From Candidatus Amesbacteria bacterium (GTDB taxonomy: Bacteria > Patescibacteriota > Microgenomatia > CAZETR01 > Amesbacteraceae), in NCBI GenBank assembly GCA_027371535.1, contig DAHXMV010000001.1, positions 172,825 through 236,824 on the forward strand: a DNA stretch of 64,000 bases. Reading direction: 5' to 3'. The first letter of the stretch is position 1. Each line of letters begins with the position of its first letter. Below are positions 49,728 to 59,418 of this stretch, piece after piece. The notes under the pieces were generated by a model. The model had not been told where the DNA came from, ran no database searches, and worked only from the letters and a program-made list of their open reading frames with translations. Made by a program: the position numbers and the translations under genes.

Positions 49728-50318
49728 CTAAAAAGGTTCATATATCGAGGTATCCGGGTACACTGTACAAGTTTGGGCGCCTATATGAAAAGTTAAACTA
49801 TATCCTCTCTCATATTTGTCACCCGGTATTGTATCTGTTAACAACTCTGCATAGTATGCGTGAGTATCCTTAGGGTTATACGCCCGATAGTCAGTATTAA
49901 GATTCCCCCGGACCTTAATAGCCGTTAACTCATCGGGTGAAGGTCTTATTGTTGAAGTATCGTCACTAATGTTTAATGTTGACAACCGAACATGTTGGAG
50001 TTTGGTATATTTGCGGGCATTCTGAGTTATATATGAAATTAGGCATCCTTTTGCCGATGATAAACCAATCTCTTTATAACGAGACCGTAAATTGTTATCT
50101 TTCCATTCATTCGCAGACCCTCCATAGGCACAACCTAAACTATCACCACGACCACCGCAGTAAGACTGCCTGTAGCAAGTTTTATCAACTAAACAGCTAC
50201 CAGTCCTCAGAGAAAATTGGTCAATTAAAAAGTATCGGCTCACGGGAATTGCCAAACTTAATCCAATAACAATAGCCAGAGAACCAATTACCCAAAAACC
50301 ACGCTTAAGTACCTTCAC
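49728..50318 (-). CDS. Cassette 3 cargo: single-TM Cys-rich exported protein
   Basis: N-terminal TM helix, 6 Cys, AT-rich, own TGGTAAGCT -10-like element. Confidence 0.7.
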   Translation of the reverse strand: MKVLKRGFWVIGSLAIVIGLSLAIPVSRYFLIDQFSLRTGSCLVDKTCYRQSYCGGRGDSLGCAYGGSANEWKDNNLRSRYKEIGLSSAKGCLISYITQNARKYTKLQHVRLSTLNISDDTSTIRPSPDELTAIKVRGNLNTDYRAYNPKDTHAYYAELLTDTIPGDKYERGYSLTFHIGAQTCTVYPDTSIYEPF

Positions 50319-50411
50319 AAGAATAGCTTACCAGAATTTAGAAGAATTATTTGATGAGTTTGTTCTTAAAATGGAGGGTATGGATAAAGGTATTATAACT
50401 ATATATGACCT

Positions 50412-50459
50412 TTAATTAGGATAGTGACATTTTTTGAAGTGTCATCAAAACAGGGTACC
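50412..50459 (-). repeat. Copy of the secA 3' end (KKCHYPN-TAA) within a cassette junction
   Basis: TTAATTAGGATAGTGACATTTTTTG (50412-50436) + AAGTGTCA-8nt-GGGTACC. Confidence 0.9.
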
Positions 50460-50482
50460 ACAAAAAAGTTTGTTAAATACTA

Positions 50483-51535
50483 TTAAAAACCGGTTATTTG
50501 TCGGCTTATTTGTTTGCTGTAACAATCCCATTCTTTCTTCGGGTCGTTTAGGTTATTTTTCAAACAATCATTTGTTGTTGAATCCGGATACGATGACCTA
50601 TAACATTTATTGGCCTCTAAATAAAACTGCTGAAGGATAATAGTCATATCGCTATTTTCAATAGTACATGAGCCATCCAGTTTACCTGTAGGCTTACAAG
50701 TCTTATCCTCGGCTTTTCGTTTATTACTGTTTGCAACATCAAGGCAATTTCTTAAGAGATAATCATACGGAGTTGGAGTGGGGACCAGTGGAGTCAGCAC
50801 GAAAGTTTGTGCTATTTGTTGAAATATATTAACCATGTCTTCCTGAGTGGGGGTGGCACTGGGGGTGCCATAGATGGCTTTGTTATAAGCATTAACCATA
50901 TCTCCCCAATTGCTATCTTTATAAAAATCCATTTCCTGCATTGGATTTTGGTAATTTAGTTCCAGTCGGACATAGTAATATAGGTTGTTTCCGAGTATTT
51001 CATAAACCAGATACTGGGTTTTGGTAGACACTTCCCGGATCTGCATGTATTTTGCCTTGATTCCATCTATGAGCACCTCTTTTTCGCTTAATGCCTGAAA
51101 TGTTTTCCCGTCAATTTGGCTTTGGTTCGTATGAAATACTTTTATCGGGCTTTCAATACTCGAATAACCATAGGCATAAGCACAACTGCCCTCCCCAGGG
51201 AACTCAATATGGGGGGTCATCTCTGGGGGATAGGATATTTTATAACCATCGTATTTACATTCGTTCGTCTTCCAACCGACTGGGATTTGAACTTTTTTTA
51301 AATTTGGTCTTACTTGTGAAACTGAAGTTCGGCTAGTCATTTTCGTTCCAAGTAACATATAAAAACCAACGACAACGCACATAATTATTAATGCCGATAA
51401 TATAGTTATTAAAAATTTAAACTTATGAGTGGGTTTTTGATCTGTATTGGTCAAGATGTTCACTTCAGGCAACTGAGACGAAGACATTTGTGTTTGTTGA
51501 GAAGATTCGTCTGCTGACTGGAGAAAAGGTTCCAT
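50483..51535 (-). CDS. Cassette 2 cargo: single-TM exported protein with a PsbP-like segment and Cys-rich tail
   Basis: TM helix, GWKTNECKYDGYKISYP, PT linkers, six Cys in the C-terminal domain. Confidence 0.7.
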   Translation of the reverse strand: MEPFLQSADESSQQTQMSSSQLPEVNILTNTDQKPTHKFKFLITILSALIIMCVVVGFYMLLGTKMTSRTSVSQVRPNLKKVQIPVGWKTNECKYDGYKISYPPEMTPHIEFPGEGSCAYAYGYSSIESPIKVFHTNQSQIDGKTFQALSEKEVLIDGIKAKYMQIREVSTKTQYLVYEILGNNLYYYVRLELNYQNPMQEMDFYKDSNWGDMVNAYNKAIYGTPSATPTQEDMVNIFQQIAQTFVLTPLVPTPTPYDYLLRNCLDVANSNKRKAEDKTCKPTGKLDGSCTIENSDMTIILQQFYLEANKCYRSSYPDSTTNDCLKNNLNDPKKEWDCYSKQISRQITGF

Positions 51536-51705
51536 GTGTTTTAAGTATTACAAATGCAACTTTTAAAAGCAATTTACTACCATGTGGTAACCTAAAGTTG
51601 TCAGTAACCAGATCACTGAGGCTGGGAATCAGAAATTAGATTTGATCCGGTTTGTTCTTAACAACTAGATTTTGTTAGAAGTGTATTTTATTCCTATGTA
51701 TCGGC

Positions 51706-51753
51706 CTAATTAGGATAGTGGCATTTTTTGAAGTGTCAGCAATAATGGGTACC
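51706..51753 (-). repeat. Copy of the secA 3' end (KKCHYPN-TAG) within a cassette junction
   Basis: CTAATTAGGATAGTGGCATTTTTTG (51706-51730) + AAGTGTCA-8nt-GGGTACC. Confidence 0.9.
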
Positions 51754-51766
51754 GTACAGATTACGG

Positions 51767-52300
51767 TCACTTACAATCGGAATCGTCCAAATTTCCATAA
51801 TGAAGCGGGCCGGATTCTACAATTTTCAAATCAGAGCAGATGGTTGTCCTTTCAGTCTTAAAAAAGTTTAAATCCGACGCGTAACCATCGCGAGAAATCT
51901 TACAATTTGTATTTCTGTCTAATTTAACCCGATAAATTTCAGTTTGAGCATATGACTCCCATGTGGAATATTCCGAACGTAAAAAGGCCCCCTGACATCT
52001 GACTGATGCCTGAAGCAAACAGTTTACCTTAGCTTGGGTTGAATTTAAATCATCATACCGGGGGATGTTATTGTCACCTACTTGGGAAGGAAAACTAGCA
52101 CCGAATTTAATCGTTCCACAATTAAGCATGTTTAAATTTTTTAAATCATAATATTTATCTAATATCATTGGAAAAATAATGAAACCTGCAAATTTATATA
52201 AAAAATAAAAGACAACCGATATAACAAAAAACAGTATCACGATGAAAATGTATAACTTCCTCGGATTCTGGGCTTTTCTATCCTGTGCAAGTTTTTCCAT
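51767..52300 (-). CDS. Cassette 1 cargo: single-TM Cys-rich exported protein
   Basis: N-terminal TM helix, 6 Cys, AT-rich, own TGATACGAT -10-like element. Confidence 0.7.
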   Translation of the reverse strand: MEKLAQDRKAQNPRKLYIFIVILFFVISVVFYFLYKFAGFIIFPMILDKYYDLKNLNMLNCGTIKFGASFPSQVGDNNIPRYDDLNSTQAKVNCLLQASVRCQGAFLRSEYSTWESYAQTEIYRVKLDRNTNCKISRDGYASDLNFFKTERTTICSDLKIVESGPLHYGNLDDSDCK

Positions 52301-52403
52301 TTTGACTACATCGTATCATTCTATGACTTATTCGACAATTTATATACAAAATAAACTAGAGTTATGTAATCACCAATATGTATATAGCGCCTATATATAG
52401 ACC

Positions 52404-55220
52404 TTAATTTGGATAGTGGCACTTTTTGTACTTCTTGCCTGAGCCGCACCAGCAGGGGTCGTTGCGGCCGAGGTTTTTGTGAGAATTCTGGGCGCCGACA
52501 TTCTCTAGCGTTTGGAATGCGGTCATAAATTCGGGAGAAACACTTTTCGGACCTTTGCCCAGAATGGTCTTCACTTTTTCGGCAGCCCCGGCATAAGCAG
52601 ATCCTGCCTGACGTCCGGCAACATCAAGATTGTCCGTAGGAGCAGTCGGAGAAGACATGTCAAATTCGGGTTTAAGCTCGATGATCTGCGGGGTCCGGAT
52701 TTGTTCCGGCTGGCCGATCTGAATTCTGAACAGGCGTTTGGAAAATTCCGTTTCAATCTGAGCTACCAAACGTTCAAACATGGCAAAGGCTTCGGCTTTG
52801 TATTCCACCAGGGGGTCACGCTGGCCATATCCCCGGAGGCCAATGCCCGAGCGGAGATCATCCACGGCATCCAGATGATCTACCCAGAGGTGATCGATAG
52901 AGGACAGGTAAGAGAACTTAATGATCTGTTTCCAATTTTCTTCACCCACCTGGTTTTTGCGGCTATCGAAAGCTTCGGCAATAATTTTATCGGTCATATT
53001 ACCGATTTCTTCAGCAGTACCCAGTTGTTTAAACTGATCGGAAAGGGCTGACTGAGACAAATCATCAAAAGGAATAATATCAACCAGGGCGGTAGTGATA
53101 GGCAAAACCTCCGATTCCACAATCCCCCTGGGGGCATAAATGGCAATGACGTTTTTGATGGTAGTCCGAAGTTTTTCCAAAATTTCCCCGTCGGTGATTT
53201 CGTAATTCAATACCCGATTTCTGAGACCATAAACAATTTCCCGCTGTTTATTCATGACGTCATCGTATTCGACGACACTTTTTCTGGCATCAAAATTAAA
53301 ACCCTCAACTTTCACCTGGGCCTGTTCGATTGCCCGGCTGACCATACCATGCTCGATCGGCTCGTCTTCGGGAATCTTTAAAAAATTCATAATTTTGGCA
53401 ACCTGCTCCCCGCCGAATATTCTCATGATATCGTCGTCCAGGGAGAGATAAAAACGGGTGGAGCCCGGATCTCCCTGGCGGCCAGAACGGCCCCGGAGCT
53501 GGTTATCTATTCTTCTGGATTCATGGCGCTCGGTACCGATGACAAACAGACCCCCCGAAGCCACTACTTCATCATGGACAGCCTGCCATTTGGCCAGAGC
53601 TTTCTTATATTCGGCGTCGGTAAGTTTATCCTCGCCCAGTACAAATTTCGGATTGGGCGGCGGGGTACCCCCTAATATAATATCCACACCGCGGCCGGCA
53701 ATATTGGTGGCAATTGTGACCGCGCCTTTGCGGCCGGCTTCGGAGATAATAACAGCCTCCCTTTCATGATTTTTGGCATTCAGGATCTGGTGGGGAATTT
53801 TTTTATGGGTCAATAAATCGGAGACAATTTCGTTCTTTTCAATCGAAGTGGTCCCGACCAGGACCGGCTGGCCGGAGTGGTAAATTTCAGCGATCTGTGA
53901 CGCCAGTGCCGAATATTTGGCCCGGGCGGTTTTGTAAACCACATCCGGCATATCAGACCTGACCATGGGTTTGTGGGTGGGGATGACGATGACTTCAAGT
54001 TTGTAAATTTTCTGTAACTCTTCGGCTTCGGTGGCCGCAGTCCCGGTCATACCGGCTAATTTTTCATACATTCTAAAATAGTTCTGGAAGGAGATAGTGG
54101 CCATGGTTTTGGATTCTTGCTGGATTTTTACATTTTCCTTGGCTTCGACGGCCTGATGAATGCCCTCCGACCAGCGGCGTCCGGGCATTAAACGGCCGGT
54201 AAACTCATCAACGATTACCACCTCACCGTCTCTGACTATATAGTCCTTGTCCCTGATAAACAGGGCCCGGGCTTTTAAGGCATTTTCCAGATGATGGATC
54301 ATCTCAAAATCCTTTTCGTAAAGATTATCCACATTCATAATTTTTTCCACTTTTTTTAAACCGTATTCGGTCAGATTGGCAGTGCGGTGTTTTTCATCAA
54401 TGGTATAGTCGGTATCGGGGGAAAGACGGTCCACCAGTTTGGCGAAATCGTAATATTTCTGGGTGGGTTCGGTGTCTGGCATGGAAATTATCAGAGGTGT
54501 CCTAGCCTCATCGATTAAAATAGAATCAACTTCGTCGACGATGGCGAAATGATGCCCGCGCTGAACTTTATCTTTCAAATCCCCGACCATGTTATCTCTT
54601 AAATAATCAAACCCGAATTCGTTATTGGTGCCGTAGGTAATATCGGCGGCATAGGCTTCCTGACGGGTGCAAGGCTTTAAGTGGGCCAGACGGTCATCTC
54701 CGTGACTGGGATCAAAATATGCCGGATCGTAGAGAAAAGACTGGTCATGAACAATGATACCGACAGATAATCCCAAAAGATGAAAAGTAGCGCCATTCCA
54801 GCCGCCATCACGCCGGGCCAGATAGTCATTAACGGTGACCAGATGTGCACCCTTTCCGGTCAGCGCGTTCAAATAAAGCGCGGGAACAGCAGATAAAGTT
54901 TTACCTTCGCCGGTTTTTTGTTCGGCCACCTTGCCTTCATGAAAGGCGGTGGCAGCCATTAATTGAACGTCAAAAGGCCGAAGGCCAATCCCCTTCATAG
55001 AAGCCTCGCGCACCAGGGCAAAGGCCTCGGGAAGCAAAGCATCCAAAGTTTCCCCCCCGGCAAAACGGGATTTAAATTCGGCAGTCTTGGCGGCAAAATC
55101 CTTGGGACTTTTAAGGTTGGTAAAATCCGGACCCAGCAGATTGATACCGTCGACTTTGACTTTTAACTTGTCAACTTCCCGCTGATTGAAATCCAGAAAT
55201 TTGGAAAAGATTTTGAGCAT
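52404..55220 (-). CDS. secA: Preprotein translocase subunit SecA
   Basis: KTGEGKT, VDEVDSILIDEARTPLIIS, TNIAGRGVDI, QLRGRSGRQGDPG, GRNDPCWCGSGKKYKKCH. Confidence 0.98.
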   Translation of the reverse strand: MLKIFSKFLDFNQREVDKLKVKVDGINLLGPDFTNLKSPKDFAAKTAEFKSRFAGGETLDALLPEAFALVREASMKGIGLRPFDVQLMAATAFHEGKVAEQKTGEGKTLSAVPALYLNALTGKGAHLVTVNDYLARRDGGWNGATFHLLGLSVGIIVHDQSFLYDPAYFDPSHGDDRLAHLKPCTRQEAYAADITYGTNNEFGFDYLRDNMVGDLKDKVQRGHHFAIVDEVDSILIDEARTPLIISMPDTEPTQKYYDFAKLVDRLSPDTDYTIDEKHRTANLTEYGLKKVEKIMNVDNLYEKDFEMIHHLENALKARALFIRDKDYIVRDGEVVIVDEFTGRLMPGRRWSEGIHQAVEAKENVKIQQESKTMATISFQNYFRMYEKLAGMTGTAATEAEELQKIYKLEVIVIPTHKPMVRSDMPDVVYKTARAKYSALASQIAEIYHSGQPVLVGTTSIEKNEIVSDLLTHKKIPHQILNAKNHEREAVIISEAGRKGAVTIATNIAGRGVDIILGGTPPPNPKFVLGEDKLTDAEYKKALAKWQAVHDEVVASGGLFVIGTERHESRRIDNQLRGRSGRQGDPGSTRFYLSLDDDIMRIFGGEQVAKIMNFLKIPEDEPIEHGMVSRAIEQAQVKVEGFNFDARKSVVEYDDVMNKQREIVYGLRNRVLNYEITDGEILEKLRTTIKNVIAIYAPRGIVESEVLPITTALVDIIPFDDLSQSALSDQFKQLGTAEEIGNMTDKIIAEAFDSRKNQVGEENWKQIIKFSYLSSIDHLWVDHLDAVDDLRSGIGLRGYGQRDPLVEYKAEAFAMFERLVAQIETEFSKRLFRIQIGQPEQIRTPQIIELKPEFDMSSPTAPTDNLDVAGRQAGSAYAGAAEKVKTILGKGPKSVSPEFMTAFQTLENVGAQNSHKNLGRNDPCWCGSGKKYKKCHYPN

Positions 55221-55259
55221 AGGTGATCGGTTTGATATCAGCCTTAAATTATAACTTAA

Positions 55260-55877
55260 TTACCCACAAATTATTAGTAAATTGGTGAGTTTGCGGGCAA
55301 GTTCCACCCGGGGAAAAATAATTTTTAATTTTTCGACCAGATCTCCCGCTTTGGCCTGTTTTTCCGGATCATAAAAAAGATGGTTAAAAATGACGCAGGA
55401 TCCAAGCAACTTGAGTTTCCTGAGAAACTTGTCAGAATAGACAAATACGGGGAGCTGATCGCCATAGTACATATCAACGAGGATAAAATCGAAGCATGAT
55501 TTTTGATTCATGATATATGAATGGGCGTCGGCATTAATAATTTCCAGGCAGGGAATTTTAGTCAGATCCAAATATTTTTTTCCCAGGTCAATCATTAACG
55601 GATCAATCTCCACACCGGTGATTTTTTCGGGTCTTAATTTATCCGATATGGTTTTGGCTATAGTCCCGCCGGCCAAACCAAGAATAAGCCAGGATTTGTT
55701 TTTTTGACCATATTTGCTTAAGACTCCTTCCCAGACCTCCTTTACCAATCCCCCGCTCTGGGTAAGCATCCCCGTGGCAATATATTTATAGCCCCACCCG
55801 GAAATGACTTTGACATCACCACTATATTCGGACCGGCGGCGTTCTATAATTTTAGGTCCCAAATGTAACCAGGACAT
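55260..55877 (-). CDS. Class I SAM-dependent methyltransferase (spermidine synthase-like)
   Basis: LILGLAGG, GVEIDP, ADA, FDFILVD. Confidence 0.8.
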   Translation of the reverse strand: MSWLHLGPKIIERRRSEYSGDVKVISGWGYKYIATGMLTQSGGLVKEVWEGVLSKYGQKNKSWLILGLAGGTIAKTISDKLRPEKITGVEIDPLMIDLGKKYLDLTKIPCLEIINADAHSYIMNQKSCFDFILVDMYYGDQLPVFVYSDKFLRKLKLLGSCVIFNHLFYDPEKQAKAGDLVEKLKIIFPRVELARKLTNLLIICG

Positions 55878-55878
55878 A

Positions 55879-56328
55879 TCAGCCTGAACCGAGATCCCGC
55901 TGGCCCTCGTTTTTGTAAAAATAATACAGCAGAGCGCCTTTGGTTTTTCTCAAGGCGTGAATTTTTTTCAGAATCTGGATGTAAGCGTCGTGCAGGTGCT
56001 GATTTAAAAGCATGGGCAGTCTCAGTTCCAATTGCCTGACACGATGATCCAGGGCTTCTGTTCTGGCCATAAGCTGACCCTCGGCGGTCCGGGCTTTGAA
56101 AGCCTCCAGATCATCAAGATTATCCCATTCACCGGATTCTATACGGGACTGCAATTCTTTTTCGGGGCTGGCCGGTCCGGAATACTGTGACTGCTGGGAG
56201 GAAGGCGGGGCCGTAAAATCATGTTCATCCACCACTACCCCCTCCAGGACTTCATCCTCCCTGACAGTCTGCTCATTTTGGAAATTCAGCTGTCTGGCCA
56301 GATCGTCCGTGATAACTTGATTTACCAT
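55879..56328 (-). CDS. Hypothetical protein
   Basis: 149-aa ORF preceded by TGGTAAAAT. Confidence 0.6.
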   Translation of the reverse strand: MVNQVITDDLARQLNFQNEQTVREDEVLEGVVVDEHDFTAPPSSQQSQYSGPASPEKELQSRIESGEWDNLDDLEAFKARTAEGQLMARTEALDHRVRQLELRLPMLLNQHLHDAYIQILKKIHALRKTKGALLYYFYKNEGQRDLGSG

Positions 56329-56352
56329 TTCATCATTTTACCATTTAACAAT

Positions 56353-58176
56353 TTATTGATAGCTTTTGGCCTGCAGATTAAACAAGCGGGCATATTCCTT
56401 GCCGGCAGCCAATAGCTGGTCATGGGTACCGGTTTCAGTGATTTGACCGTGGTCTAAAACTATAATCTTATCCGCCCGACGGACAGTGTTGAATCTGTGG
56501 GATATAAAAATAAGAATTTTTTCCCGGCCAAGTTTTAGAACCTGATCAAAAATGTCTTCCTCGGCCTGCGGATCAACACTGGAAGTCGGTTCATCCAAAA
56601 TCAATATCTGAGAATCTTTGATCAGCGACCGGGCGATACCGATTCTTTGCCATTGACCCATGGAAGGTTTGATACCTTTTTCGTAATAAGGAGACAGGGG
56701 GGTATCGTAAGCTTTAGGCAACCCCATAATCCAACTGTCGATATCTGCCGTTTGGGCATATTGCCTGATTATCGGCAAATTGTCCACGTTTTCAATGTTC
56801 CCGACAGAAATGCTTTCCCGGGCGGAAAAATCATAACCTTCGAAATCCTGAAAGAGAACGGAAAGATTTTTCCACAGGCTCGCTTTGGAATATTTCGTGA
56901 CATCAGTGTTATCTATGAGGACATGGCCTCTGGTGGGTTTATAAAAACCGGCCAATAATTTAATCAAGGTGGTTTTACCGGCGCCGTTTAAGCCGACCAA
57001 GGCACAATTTTCCCGGGCAGAAATGTGCAAATTTACCCCCCGGAGGACAAAATTATCAGCGTGGGGATATTTAAACCAGACATCTGTAAACTTGATAGTA
57101 TGCCCGACGCCCGGGGAAAATGTCCGATTACCGGAAAGACCTGCTTCGGGATGCAGTTCTAAAAACCAGGTAAGATCCGCAACATACAGGAAATTTTCGT
57201 AAAACTGGATGATCGAGCCGACTAAATTGAATAAATTGGTGTTAAACGAAGAGATGGCCCGGATATAAGCCTGGGCAGAACCGACAGTAATTTTACCGAT
57301 TAATGCGTTATAGGCAAAATAAAAATCCAGGGAATAGGAAAAAATATTCTGCGGAATAACCACCAAACTACGGGAAACGATCCGTTCATGACTTAAAGAA
57401 TTCCAGGCGTCATTAATGGTTTTTTGCGTTGACACCAGACGGGAAACCAGATAATCGGAGATCTGTAAAAGGCGCAATTCCAGGTAACTTTTGGCCCGGA
57501 TCAAATAATAGGAAAGCATACCCCCCAACCGGTTGGGGGTTCTTAATTTTTCATTTATCCCGTAGCGTTTTCTGACCAAACGGGCGTCGATGAAAAATTG
57601 GGGAATGAGAGTCAGGATGGCAAAAACCACAATCCAAGGCTGGAAGAAAACGAAAATCAGCAGGGAAGAGATAATACCGCTGATACTACCGGGAAAATCC
57701 GCAAATGAGGAAACCAGGCGATAAGCCCGGCTGCTGCCTTCAGCCTGAATTTTCTGATAACGGTCCTGAAATTCTGGGTTTTCAATAGTGGGAATGTCCA
57801 AACTTGTATATTTTTCGGCCATCAGGGCGTCCAGCTTGGAACCGAATTCCCGGGAGAGAATGTCGTCATAATTTCCGGCTATCCGGCTCATCAGGCCGGT
57901 AAACATGCCGATAAATAACCGGGCCAGAACGACTAAACCGATTACCTGGAGAGCAGGAGCCAGATTTTTGACGCCGACATTTTTGATGATGGTATCGATA
58001 AAGATTTTATCCAGATAGACTGAGGGTAAAATCACGGCACTATACAAAATATTGGCAATAACAGTAATCAAAAAAGCCCTGGAATTTGTCTGCCATAAAA
58101 GCCGGCCCAAACGGCTGATTACAAAAACCAGCTGGCGGAAAGGCGACAACTCCTTTCCGGATAGATACGTCTGCAT
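56353..58176 (-). CDS. ABC exporter (fused TMD-NBD)
   Basis: GLNGAGKTT, SMGQWQR, LDEPTS, ISHR. Confidence 0.9.
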   Translation of the reverse strand: MQTYLSGKELSPFRQLVFVISRLGRLLWQTNSRAFLITVIANILYSAVILPSVYLDKIFIDTIIKNVGVKNLAPALQVIGLVVLARLFIGMFTGLMSRIAGNYDDILSREFGSKLDALMAEKYTSLDIPTIENPEFQDRYQKIQAEGSSRAYRLVSSFADFPGSISGIISSLLIFVFFQPWIVVFAILTLIPQFFIDARLVRKRYGINEKLRTPNRLGGMLSYYLIRAKSYLELRLLQISDYLVSRLVSTQKTINDAWNSLSHERIVSRSLVVIPQNIFSYSLDFYFAYNALIGKITVGSAQAYIRAISSFNTNLFNLVGSIIQFYENFLYVADLTWFLELHPEAGLSGNRTFSPGVGHTIKFTDVWFKYPHADNFVLRGVNLHISARENCALVGLNGAGKTTLIKLLAGFYKPTRGHVLIDNTDVTKYSKASLWKNLSVLFQDFEGYDFSARESISVGNIENVDNLPIIRQYAQTADIDSWIMGLPKAYDTPLSPYYEKGIKPSMGQWQRIGIARSLIKDSQILILDEPTSSVDPQAEEDIFDQVLKLGREKILIFISHRFNTVRRADKIIVLDHGQITETGTHDQLLAAGKEYARLFNLQAKSYQ

Positions 58177-58182
58177 AAATTA

Positions 58183-59418
58183 CTAACGGGGTGAAATTTT
58201 ATCCGTACCCATGAACGGCCGAAGGATTTCGGGAACAGTGACTGATCCGTCGGCATTCTGGTAGTTTTCCAAAATGGCCAGCGGAACCCGGGAAGAAACC
58301 AGGGCGGTGCCGTTCAACATATGGACAAAATCCGATTTATCCGGGGGATTTTTATAACGGATATTTAAGTTTCTCGCCTGATAATCGGTACAATTACTCG
58401 TGGAGGTAACTTCACCATAATCCCCACGTCCGGGCATCCAGGCTTCAATATCATACTTTTTGGCTGCAGTAGCCCCTAAATCACCGGTGCACATTTCCAG
58501 AATCCGATAAGGCAGCCCCAAATCCTGATAAATGGACTCCTCGTTTTGGAGAATCTCCCGGTGGTATTTATCCGAATCTTCGGGCAGACAATAGACAAAC
58601 ATCTCGACTTTGGTAAATTGGTGAACCCGATAAAGACCTTTGGAATATTTGCCGTACGCCCCGGATTCCTGGCGGAAACAATGAGAATAGCCAACGTATT
58701 TTAGGGGTAATTTATCAGCCGGGATGACCTCGTCCGCGTGTTTTCCGGCCAAAGTAACTTCGGCGGTGGCAATCAAACCCAGGTCCTGACCTTCGATAAC
58801 ATAAGTCTGGGCCTCGTTGCCTTTAGGGGCATAGCCCGTACCCAAATAAAAACGCGATTTTGCCAGATCGGGGGTAATTACCGGGGTAAAACCGGCTTTT
58901 TGTAATTTTTGCATGGCATATTGGACCAGGGCCAGCTCCAGAAGCGCTCCGGCACCATACCAATAAAAAAACTGGGAACCGGTGACTTTGGCGCCGGTCG
59001 GGAAATCCAAAATACCCAAAGCCTCCCCCAATTGAAGATGATCTTTGACGGGAAAATCAAAATTTTTGGGAGTCCCCCAGCGGCTGATTTCCACATTATC
59101 GGCTTCGGATTTACCGGACGGCACATCCGGCAGGGGCAGATTGGGAATCTGGCTTAGGGTAAAACCGATCTGGTGGTCGATTTTTTCAAGTTCCGGTTCC
59201 AGTTTTTTCAGCTGCTCTTTGACATGCCTGCCCAGCTCCTGCCGGTCTTTATCGATTTTGTTCCGGTCGGCCCGCAGCTCTTCTATCTCACCCAGCAGTT
59301 TTCTCCTGTATATATCCAGACGCAAGGCCTCATCGACCAAGTCAGCGGAATAGCCTTTAGCCCGGATGCCGGCTTTGACAAAGTCAGGTTTTTCGCGGAT
59401 AAGTTTGATATCCAGCAT
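58183..59418 (-). CDS. serS: Serine--tRNA ligase
   Basis: MLDIKLIR, ATAE, FRQESG, RVHQFTKVE, SNCTDYQAR, HMLNGT. Confidence 0.97.
   Translation of the reverse strand: MLDIKLIREKPDFVKAGIRAKGYSADLVDEALRLDIYRRKLLGEIEELRADRNKIDKDRQELGRHVKEQLKKLEPELEKIDHQIGFTLSQIPNLPLPDVPSGKSEADNVEISRWGTPKNFDFPVKDHLQLGEALGILDFPTGAKVTGSQFFYWYGAGALLELALVQYAMQKLQKAGFTPVITPDLAKSRFYLGTGYAPKGNEAQTYVIEGQDLGLIATAEVTLAGKHADEVIPADKLPLKYVGYSHCFRQESGAYGKYSKGLYRVHQFTKVEMFVYCLPEDSDKYHREILQNEESIYQDLGLPYRILEMCTGDLGATAAKKYDIEAWMPGRGDYGEVTSTSNCTDYQARNLNIRYKNPPDKSDFVHMLNGTALVSSRVPLAILENYQNADGSVTVPEILRPFMGTDKISPR

Noticed and set aside
50412-52428. secA-tail repeats as a CRISPR array or classical integron attC array
   Set aside because: The spacers are whole genes of 0.7-1.3 kb, there are no cas or intI genes, there are no RYYYAAC/GTTRRRY boxes, and the repeat is secA coding sequence.
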